DNA of 64,000 nucleotides from an uncultured Eubacteriales bacterium (GTDB lineage Bacteria; Bacillota; Clostridia; Christensenellales; CAG-138): NCBI GenBank assembly GCA_900544555.1, contig UQWD01000003.1, positions 66,519 to 130,518 of the forward strand, read 5' to 3'. Shown piece by piece: positions 56,371 to 64,000 of this stretch (position 1 is its first letter; each line of letters starts with the position of its first letter). The notes under the pieces were generated by a model. It saw only the letters and a program-made list of their open reading frames with translations, ran no database searches and was not told where the DNA came from. The position numbers and the translations under genes were made by a program.

Positions 56371-56756
56371 TTATGGGCTTCTTGTCACGCTTAAAGCCTT
56401 GTTTTTTAAGGGCGGTAAGGGTTTTATACCACCTACCCCCCGAAAACGGCTTCTAACCGTCTACGCCCCCTTTTTTTACCACCCCTAAAAAGTTCCTCTT
56501 GACAAAAGCCCTATGAGTTGTTTCTTGGCCGTTTAATTGAAAAGTGGCGGGAAGATTCTAAAATCGCGGGAGTATGATTATGTGATGAAACAGCGCCGCA
56601 TAGGTTGATTTCACAATCGGCTGCGGCCGAACAGCTTTTCAGCGGTTAATTGCCCGGCATTAGTAAACGCTATTAGATGAATGTTCTTATATTTGTTTTA
56701 TTTGCCGGAAAATGCACATATGATTTACAACAGGATTTGCGAATGGAGGCATTTTT

Positions 56757-57737
56757 ATGAATAAACGTTGGATAGCTGTGCTGTTGGCTGCGCTGATGCT
56801 TTTATTCGCCCTTCAGGCATGCGCGCCGGTGGATCAGGAGGATGATGGCGGTAATTTAAACAATCCGAATGAATCATCTCAGGCAGGATGGAGGCGGACG
56901 GTATTATACTATCTCAGCGATGAAGGTTATTTGGTACCGGTTATGAAGCAGCTGCCCTGGGAGGAGGGTATCGGGAAAGCGGCGCTGATGCAGCTTGTCG
57001 ATACGCCGCAAAACAGGGAGGGCTTGGCTAAAGCGGGCCTCAACCCGGTTGTGCCGGAGGGCGTTACGTTTGAGCTGAGCATAAGCGATGATGAGGTGGG
57101 CACGGTTAACCTTAAAGACCTGCCAGAGGTTACGGACGCCGCGGCTGAACAGAATATGGTGACGGCGGTAGTAAATACGTTGCTGGAATTCCCGACCATC
57201 AGCAGCGTGCAGGTGTTGGTCGACGGGAAAAAGGTTGAAAAGCTCGCCCATGGAACCTCTGTAAAAGGCCAACTGGGGCGTATAGCCCTTAATGTGGAGG
57301 ATGGCGACCTATCGGTATTTTCAGGTGAGCCATACGCGTTTACGCTCTATCTTCCAAACCGAACCGGCAGCCTGAATATCCCGATTACCAAATACGCGGA
57401 ATCAGCGCCCACGTTTGAAATGGCGGTGCAGGCGATGATCACCGAGGGAGGCGGCGAAGGGCTAGCGTCATTCCCAACCGGCACGGAATTAATAGATGCA
57501 GATATTGTTGACGATATCGCTACGGTGAACTTCTCCTCGGCCTTTAAGGACGCAATGGACACGGATGGCCTCACCCTGGCGCTATATGACGCGATTTATT
57601 TAACGGCGTGCGGGTTTGGGAGCGTTTCGGAGCTGCGAATACAGGTGGACGGTAAGGCGTATGAAATAGAAGCCGCGGCGGTATCCGCGCCCCTGTTTGT
57701 AAACGAGCTTGAAGCGCGTACGGAGCATGATGGATAA
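56757..57737 (+). CDS. gerM: GerM-like lipoprotein (two GerMN domains)
   Basis: Lipobox LFALQAC. RTVLYYLSDEGYLVP and a second repeat (FTLYLPN...). GGAGG SD. Confidence 0.7.
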   Translation: MNKRWIAVLLAALMLLFALQACAPVDQEDDGGNLNNPNESSQAGWRRTVLYYLSDEGYLVPVMKQLPWEEGIGKAALMQLVDTPQNREGLAKAGLNPVVPEGVTFELSISDDEVGTVNLKDLPEVTDAAAEQNMVTAVVNTLLEFPTISSVQVLVDGKKVEKLAHGTSVKGQLGRIALNVEDGDLSVFSGEPYAFTLYLPNRTGSLNIPITKYAESAPTFEMAVQAMITEGGGEGLASFPTGTELIDADIVDDIATVNFSSAFKDAMDTDGLTLALYDAIYLTACGFGSVSELRIQVDGKAYEIEAAAVSAPLFVNELEARTEHDG

Positions 57738-58057
57738 GGCGCGATTTACGTTGGCGTGACGGCTTAAGGACCTGAAATGTCGAGAAAATAGCCCGTTCTG
57801 AACCGTGTTGGCTTCCTATGCGTATTTGCTTAACGCAAGCCCGGCGGGAGTTAAGCAGTTAATTGGACACTGTTAAAGAGTTTTTTATTTCAATCATGCA
57901 AACTGTAGGCTTCGGGGTCATGACCCCGAAGCCGTTGGTAAATATACATGGCATTCGATAATTTTGAATATGCCGCCTGGATTGCATTACAGTCGCGAGT
58001 AGGCTGCATGACCCTCGCTTAGGGCAGGAGCGTTGTTCCGGGAACCATAAAAGAAAT

Positions 58058-58085
58058 ACCCAGTCTGTGACTGGGCCTTATTTTT
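58058..58085 (+). terminator. Intrinsic terminator in gerM-rdgB gap
   Basis: CCCAGT / ACTGGG stem followed by CCTTATTTTTT. Confidence 0.55.
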
Positions 58086-58289
58086 TAACTGCGTTAGGAG
58101 TATATTACAAATTGGTTGACAATCAAAATTTATACTTGGTTTACTCACGGAGCCAAGTTTCATAATATCTGATACTACGGCGGGTGACGGTTATGACATA
58201 CCGTGCATTATCAGTACACGCGCGCCCTTGCCCGCGAACGAAATCAATGCTATAATAAGGCGATTTTTTAGAAAAAGGGCGGGTGCGTT

Positions 58290-58883
58290 ATGAGATTGGT
58301 TATCGCTTCCAACAATGGCCACAAGGTGACTGAGATAAAGGCGATTCTCGCCGGCTGCTTTGATGAAATCCTTTCGCTTAAAGAAGCGGGCATCGACATT
58401 GACGTGGTTGAGGATGGCGCGACATTTGAGGAAAACGCACTGAAAAAAGCGCGCGAGGTTTTAAAGGCTTGTAATGCGGATGCGGCTTTATCCGACGACA
58501 GCGGGCTGATGGTGGATTATCTTAATGGGGCGCCGGGCGTTTACAGCGCGCGGTTTGCGGGTGAAGGGCATGACGATGAAGCGAACAACCAAAAGTTGCT
58601 TGCACTCATGCAGGGCGTTCCGTATGAAAAAAGAACCTGCCGTTTCGTTTCCTCGGTCGCATTGGTAAAGCTGTCGGGCGAAGAGCTTGTGTGCACCGGG
58701 CATGTTGAGGGGAAATTGTTAACGGACCCCATCGGGGATAATGGATTTGGCTACGATCCCCTGTTTTATTATGAACCCTATAACGCCTCGTTTGCCCAGC
58801 TATCCGCTCAGGAGAAGAATCAGATCAGCCACCGTAAAAATGCGCTTCAGGCGTTATATGAAAAACTTAAGGTGAACCCGTGA
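58290..58883 (+). CDS. rdgB: dITP/XTP pyrophosphatase RdgB (HAM1 family)
   Basis: VIASNNGHKVTEI...SDDSGL..PGVYSAR...FGYDP motifs. Confidence 0.9.
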   Translation: MRLVIASNNGHKVTEIKAILAGCFDEILSLKEAGIDIDVVEDGATFEENALKKAREVLKACNADAALSDDSGLMVDYLNGAPGVYSARFAGEGHDDEANNQKLLALMQGVPYEKRTCRFVSSVALVKLSGEELVCTGHVEGKLLTDPIGDNGFGYDPLFYYEPYNASFAQLSAQEKNQISHRKNALQALYEKLKVNP

Positions 58884-59353
58884 GGATAGGCGTTATCAGC
58901 GATACGCACGGCAGCGTATACGCGGTTGAAAGCGTTTTAAAAGCGGCGGGGACGGTTGACGCTTGGATCCATCTCGGCGATCATTACAGCGACGCGAATT
59001 TGTTGAGGCATACGGGCGCTCAGGTATATGCAGTTAAGGGTAACTGCGACTTGATGCAGGGCGCGCCTGCGGAAGCTGTGATAGAGCTGGGCGAAATACG
59101 GATATTTATCGCGCACGGACATACTTATCAGGTAAAGAATACGCTAAGTCGGCTCGCTTACCGGGCGGAGGAGCTTTATTGCCGGGCGGCTCTGTACGGG
59201 CATACGCATTGTCCGGCTTATGAAATGCTCGGAAGCTTGGCGCTGCTAAACCCCGGGAGCCCGTCGCAGCCCCGCGGCGGTGGGATACGAGGAACCTTTG
59301 CTGTTTTAACTATTGACAAGGGCTTGATAACCGGAGAAATTTTGACATTATAA
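58880..59353 (+). CDS. YfcE/YsnB-family metallophosphoesterase
   Basis: ISDTHG, LGD, GNCD and GHTH motifs. 4-nt overlap with rdgB. Confidence 0.85.
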   Translation: MRIGVISDTHGSVYAVESVLKAAGTVDAWIHLGDHYSDANLLRHTGAQVYAVKGNCDLMQGAPAEAVIELGEIRIFIAHGHTYQVKNTLSRLAYRAEELYCRAALYGHTHCPAYEMLGSLALLNPGSPSQPRGGGIRGTFAVLTIDKGLITGEILTL

Positions 59354-59626
59354 TTGAGAAAACAGGAAATACGAGACGATGCAAATGTTAAATACCCATC
59401 AAATTATGTACTTGTATTTAGCGATGCTCCGTAATAGGCTCCATGCGCCGAATATTTAGTGATTAACAGCACATCCTAAACGTTTACTAAAAGGTAAATA
59501 TATGGTTAAGCTTGGTTTTATGCTCAGGAACACGCATGTTTACTATACGATTATCATAAATACTTGTATTTATGATAGCTTTCGATTTTACAGAACCCAA
59601 CTATCCCCTTAGCGGCTTCTTGCGGG

Positions 59627-60451
59627 TTAAAGCGCATCTTTTCGCGCTACCCAAGCTTTATTCCCTTCATAGCATAATACTTCAGAAGCTTTATTTAATA
59701 AAGCGGATTCGTCGCTAAAATAATCAAAAGCCATTGCATCCTGCGTCAGCCCATAAGCAAATTGCAGGCCGCCTTCCTCAATAATAAAAACGCTTACGCC
59801 TGTAGAGCCGGAGAATACGGAATACCATCGGCTATCGCCTGCAATTATTTTACCGCTGGAAATCTCTGAATACTCTTCGTGTGAACTCGCGAGCAAATCC
59901 GATTCTTCGTCCTCTTCCGTTTCTACGCGGTATAATGTAAATTCCAGCATATTGTTATCAGATGAACCCCTGAGAACATGTTCTGATTGATACTGGAACT
60001 TTAATCGCCAGAGCTTGTCCTGAACGTTATAGTATATCATCCCCGATCCCGGGGATATATCGTATAACGTACCCGTAATCCTCATGCCACCGCTTTCAAA
60101 TGAATTGAGCATGCCTACAGTGTTGTATATTTCAGAGAGGGCGGCCTGATGCCTGGTAAGTTCAAGCGAAAACTTGAGGATATCGGCAGCGCTGCCCGTT
60201 TCCGTCTGAGCGCCACCAAACCCATCGATACTTTTAACGCTTGCGTTCTGATAGGCTTTATAGAATGCATATACCGGATTAACATGCGTGGTTGGCGCAG
60301 GGGTTGACGCCGCGCCGGTTTGGGACGGGTGGTTAGTGGGCGAAGGGGAAGCGTTTTGCTCAACAGCATGTAAAAAAGTGCAGCCCATAGCCGAGAAGCT
60401 AAGTATCGTAATAAGAGCCATTATGAAAATGAACTTATGACGTCTGCTCAT
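59627..60451 (-). CDS. Lipoprotein, unknown function
   Basis: Lipobox ILSFSAMGC. It overlaps the end of the amidase gene. Confidence 0.6.
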   Translation of the reverse strand: MSRRHKFIFIMALITILSFSAMGCTFLHAVEQNASPSPTNHPSQTGAASTPAPTTHVNPVYAFYKAYQNASVKSIDGFGGAQTETGSAADILKFSLELTRHQAALSEIYNTVGMLNSFESGGMRITGTLYDISPGSGMIYYNVQDKLWRLKFQYQSEHVLRGSSDNNMLEFTLYRVETEEDEESDLLASSHEEYSEISSGKIIAGDSRWYSVFSGSTGVSVFIIEEGGLQFAYGLTQDAMAFDYFSDESALLNKASEVLCYEGNKAWVARKDAL

Positions 60452-61424
60452 ATTCGTAATAATGCAAAATGCCCTTGAATATGCCGGTTGCGCACGCTGC
60501 CTGATACGAATCGCGGTTCAGGCGAAGATCGTCGCTGGAATTGGACAAATACCCCATTTCAATTGCGATAACCGGCGTCTCGGACCAGTTAAACCCGGTT
60601 TGGTTGATAAGCGAACGGATGGGAAGCGGATTCGTCCCAGTGGCCACAGTATACTCGGCCATTATTGTTTTGGCCAATACAAGGCTTTTTCGGTATATCA
60701 GGGGAGTAATGGCTCTTGATGGTATCAGCGCACGCGCGCCGGAAACATCCTGAGAGGATGAAGCGTCGCAGTGCAGCCGAATCCAAAAATCAACCCCGGC
60801 CTCGTTCATCATAGTGGAGCGCTCCAGGTTCGATAATGAAACGTTATGGTCTGTTCTCGTCATTACCACTTGTGCGCCTTCACTCTCAAGAAGCGTTTTG
60901 AGCTTCAACGCTATCTGAAGATTAATACGGTATTCTGGAACGCCGGTTTTCACGCCGGTAGCCCCCTTGCTCATGCGCGCTTTTGTACGCTCAGAGCCGG
61001 GCGAAACAGGCTCAAGCCCAAGATCCTCAATCTCCTGATGCCCGGGATCAACGCCGATAACGCAGCCATTTAGCCGGCTGCCTGTTGAAGTGTTATCCGT
61101 CATGAGGTTTAGCCGACCGGCATGAATCGCGTCCAGGTAAGCACCCAGAGTCTCCTGACCGAACTTCCCGTCTATACGTACGCCGAGGAAACTCTGCAAA
61201 TCCCGTACCGCGCTTTCGGTATCCGTATCAAAAATACCCGTTACGTTGCCGTCGTAGTAACCAAGCTGTTTAAGTTCGCGCTGAAGCGTTTCCACTTGCG
61301 GCCCATAAGATCCCAGCGATAAAGTACCTGTTTGGAGGTTTGGCGCGGCAACAGCGGCGGAAGCGGTAAACAGCAATACCGCCGACAATAGAAAAACGGA
61401 TAAACGATAAACAAGTTTTAACAT
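60435..61424 (-). CDS. N-acetylmuramoyl-L-alanine amidase (Amidase_3) with PG_binding_1 domain
   Basis: A signal peptide, then GPQVETLQRELKQLGYYDGNVTGIFD (peptidoglycan-binding). Amidase_3 motifs follow: VIGVDPGHQ...IRLHCDAS...IEMGYLSN. Confidence 0.8.
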   Translation of the reverse strand: MLKLVYRLSVFLLSAVLLFTASAAVAAPNLQTGTLSLGSYGPQVETLQRELKQLGYYDGNVTGIFDTDTESAVRDLQSFLGVRIDGKFGQETLGAYLDAIHAGRLNLMTDNTSTGSRLNGCVIGVDPGHQEIEDLGLEPVSPGSERTKARMSKGATGVKTGVPEYRINLQIALKLKTLLESEGAQVVMTRTDHNVSLSNLERSTMMNEAGVDFWIRLHCDASSSQDVSGARALIPSRAITPLIYRKSLVLAKTIMAEYTVATGTNPLPIRSLINQTGFNWSETPVIAIEMGYLSNSSDDLRLNRDSYQAACATGIFKGILHYYEYEQTS

Positions 61425-61610
61425 ACCCAAACCCAACCTTTAAAACATTATGCCAAAAAGATATAAACCTTCTGTCTTTCATTGCTTGGACTTTTAAACA
61501 ATTTTAAACGATTTACCCTTGATTCAAGCACGACCGTTAAAGCCGAAATTAAGATGCGGTCGTTATGCTGACGCGGGATTTACGTTAAGAAGATTTAATC
61601 AATTGTATCA

Positions 61611-62123
61611 TTATTCACAAGGCTCCGTATCCCCTTCGGCATGAATAAAGTGTGAATTTTCCTCGCACATCATAACGAAGACGGCGGAGGATATGCGGTT
61701 AACGGCCCGGCAAAGCGCCTCGTCGGGATTCTCGCCGCCGCAGGCGACAAGCGCCCGCTCGGCGTCGCGAACGCGCGTGCGGATAACGTTCAGCCACGCG
61801 AGCGCCAGGCCCTGCTCGGGCTTGGGAATAAAATGAAAGCAGCCGAAGTATTTTTCAGGATTATGGGACATCTCATGCAGTGTTTCCATATCCCGACCGC
61901 CCACGTTAGGAAGCTCAGGTTCCATGCCCCGAACGTGCGCGCTCATCACCTGCATCAGGCATAAATTGATTTGCTCAAGTTTTTGCTGCAAGCCAGTATT
62001 ACCGTCTTTTATAGCGAGCGCCGCGCCGAACCCTACGTCCGCCATCACGCCGTCCAATATACCCCGAAACACTATTTGCGGGTGATCCTTTCGCACCATA
62101 ACCGATCCGTGCAGGTTTGTCAT
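61611..62123 (-). CDS. Cobalamin adenosyltransferase-like (PF01923-type) protein
   Basis: KDHPQIVFRGILDGV...RTRVRDAERALV...VNRISSAVFVM resemble PduO/EutT-type helical-bundle adenosyltransferases. The start is assumed at ATG 62123, 11 nt after the clpC stop. Confidence 0.4.
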   Translation of the reverse strand: MTNLHGSVMVRKDHPQIVFRGILDGVMADVGFGAALAIKDGNTGLQQKLEQINLCLMQVMSAHVRGMEPELPNVGGRDMETLHEMSHNPEKYFGCFHFIPKPEQGLALAWLNVIRTRVRDAERALVACGGENPDEALCRAVNRISSAVFVMMCEENSHFIHAEGDTEPCE

Positions 62124-62133
62124 ATGCTGAGCT

Positions 62134-64000
62134 TTAGCCACTGAAATGCGCCTCCTTATTCGTCTTTTCAAATTGCAGCTTATTGTCCTTTATATAAGCC
62201 GTAACATGATCGCCAAGCCTTATATTGCCTGAAAGGATCTCCTCGCTGAGTGAGTCCTCGACCTGATGCTGAATCGCCCGGCGGAGCGGGCGCGCGCCGT
62301 ACTGAACGTCAAACCCTTCCCTGGCGAGATGCGCCTTGGCCTCGCCGGTTACGGTCAGGTAAATATTGCGATCCTTTAAACGAGCTATTACGCTTTCGAG
62401 CATCAAGCCCACTATCTTAAGCGTTTGCTCCTCCTCAAGATTATGGAAAATGATGATTTCATCAACCCGGTTCAGGAACTCGGGGCGGAATACTTTTTTT
62501 AGCTCCGAGAGCATGCTCTCCTTCATCCGCTCATAGGAATGGGCGGGATTGTCCGCGCCAAATCCCACCCGCCCGGTTTGGGAGGCGCGCGGAGCGCCGA
62601 CGTTGGAGGTCATTATGATGATGGTATTGCGAAAATCCACCGTTCTGCCCTTTGCGTCGGTAAGCCGCCCATCCTCAAGTATCTGCAAAAGCATATTGAA
62701 TACGTCGGGATGAGCCTTTTCAATTTCATCAAGCAGCAGCACGCAGTAGGGCCTGCGCCTTACACGCTCGGTCAGCTGCCCGCCGTCGTCATAACCAACG
62801 TACCCGGGAGGGGAGCCTATCAGCTTGCTCACGGAATGCGGTTCCATATATTCACTCATATCCAGGCGGATCATCGCGTCCTCGTCGGAGAACATTACAT
62901 CCGCAAGCGCTTTTGAAAGCTCGGTTTTACCAACCCCTGTCGGCCCCAAAAACAGATAGGATCCGATGGGCCGTTTTGGATCCTTGAGGCCGGCGCGCGC
63001 CCTGCGGATAGCCCTTGAAACGGCGGTAACCGCCTCATCCTGACCGATAACGCGTTTATGCAGCGCTTCTTCCAGGTGCAGCAGCTTTTCGCTTTCATCC
63101 TCGGTCAGCTGTTTTACGGGGATGCCGGTCCAGGCGTTAACAACCTGCGCAATATCCTCCTCCTCGACTACGCACTCGGAATCGGAACGGCTTTGCTCCC
63201 ATGCCGCGCGAAGCTTATCCATCTGGGCGCGCAGCGATTGCTCCTCATCGCGTATTGCCGCGGCGCGCTCATAATTCTGGTTGGTTACGGCTTCCTCCTT
63301 CTCCTTCATAAGGGAATCTATCTTTGTTTCGAGCTCCTTCATATCCGGCGGCGACACGTAAGCCTTGAGACGGACGCGGCTGGCGGCCTCATCCATCAGA
63401 TCTATGGCCTTGTCCGGCAAGAATCTGTCGGTAATATACCGGTCGGACAGATCCACGGCGGCCTTTATCGCCTCGTCAGTTATGCGCGCTTTATGATGCG
63501 CCTCGTATTTATCGCGCAGGCCAAGTAGTATCTTCATGGTTTCTTCCCTGGTGGGTTCCCCTACGGATACCGGCTGAAAGCGCCTCTCCAGCGCCGCGTC
63601 CTTTTCAACATAGCGTCGATATTCATCAAGCGTTGTTGCCCCAATCACCTGTATTTCGCCGCGCGCAAGGGCGGGCTTTAAAATATTGGCGGCGTCTACG
63701 CTGCCCTCGGAAGCGCCTGCGCCGACGATTGTATGCAGTTCGTCGATAAATAAAATGGTCTGCCCGTTTTCCTTAAGCTCCTTTATCGCGTTGTTGATAC
63801 GCTCTTCAAATTCGCCTCGGTATTTTGTGCCGGCGAGCATCGCGCCCAAATCGAGCGTGACAACGCGCTTATCCTTTAATAAGTCGGGAATCTCGCCGGA
63901 TGCTATCAACTGGGCGAGCCCTTCGAGTATCGCGCTTTTGCCAACGCCCGGGTCGCCGATGAGCACGGGGTTGTTCTTGGTACGCCGGCTAAGGATTTGA
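62134..64000 (-). CDS. clpC: ATP-dependent Clp protease ATP-binding subunit ClpC (5' end outside window)
   Basis: Two AAA+ modules ([18 protein letters not shown]) and a middle coiled-coil/UVR segment. The frame continues open to the window edge (..[11 protein letters not shown]). Confidence 0.9.
   Translation of the reverse strand, partial: QILSRRTKNNPVLIGDPGVGKSAILEGLAQLIASGEIPDLLKDKRVVTLDLGAMLAGTKYRGEFEERINNAIKELKENGQTILFIDELHTIVGAGASEGSVDAANILKPALARGEIQVIGATTLDEYRRYVEKDAALERRFQPVSVGEPTREETMKILLGLRDKYEAHHKARITDEAIKAAVDLSDRYITDRFLPDKAIDLMDEAASRVRLKAYVSPPDMKELETKIDSLMKEKEEAVTNQNYERAAAIRDEEQSLRAQMDKLRAAWEQSRSDSECVVEEEDIAQVVNAWTGIPVKQLTEDESEKLLHLEEALHKRVIGQDEAVTAVSRAIRRARAGLKDPKRPIGSYLFLGPTGVGKTELSKALADVMFSDEDAMIRLDMSEYMEPHSVSKLIGSPPGYVGYDDGGQLTERVRRRPYCVLLLDEIEKAHPDVFNMLLQILEDGRLTDAKGRTVDFRNTIIIMTSNVGAPRASQTGRVGFGADNPAHSYERMKESMLSELKKVFRPEFLNRVDEIIIFHNLEEEQTLKIVGLMLESVIARLKDRNIYLTVTGEAKAHLAREGFDVQYGARPLRRAIQHQVEDSLSEEILSGNIRLGDHVTAYIKDNKLQFEKTNKEAHFSG

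Overview
This window looks like a chromosomal segment from an endospore-forming Clostridia-class Firmicute with mid-range GC. The assignment is inferred from gene content only. Most of the window is core housekeeping and sporulation genes. These include yaaL-bofA, spoVAC-AD-AEb, a ytaF-like gene, a T-box-controlled valS, and a DUF421/DUF4363 pair. They also include an 8-tRNA cluster, CIRCE-groES-groEL, perR-rubrerythrin, recX-birA, rsmD-coaD, dpaA-dpaB, gerM-rdgB-ysnB-like genes, a cell-wall amidase and clpC. Two BmrCD-like heterodimeric ABC exporter operons are present. One sits behind a leader ORF plus terminator, and the other sits behind a MarR gene.

Several accessory or decayed patches interrupt this backbone.
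- About 23.5-24.5 kb: two tandem paralogous genes for small Cys/His/Trp-rich secreted proteins.
- About 37.2-45.5 kb: an island-like patch. It holds a receiver-less Spo0A C-terminal-domain protein, tRNA-Pro with a degenerate duplicate of its 3' half, a MerR/GyrI regulator and a broken FG-GAP-like gene. It also holds a membrane protein/YozG-HTH/lipoprotein module, a double-DUF305 protein, an Erm-type rRNA methyltransferase with an ErmC-like leader peptide, and CotF-like coat genes.
- About 54.3-56.7 kb: a mobile-element remnant with a DUF1848 gene, a decayed serine-recombinase 3' end and a 30-aa hydrophobic peptide gene.

The least explainable signal is a ~210-nt noncoding element present twice (32.4 kb and 56.15 kb), with conserved blocks and compensatory stem changes, which I could not assign to any RNA family. 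No CRISPR array, rRNA or intact transposase was seen. All calls rest on manual translation and motif recognition; no searches were run.
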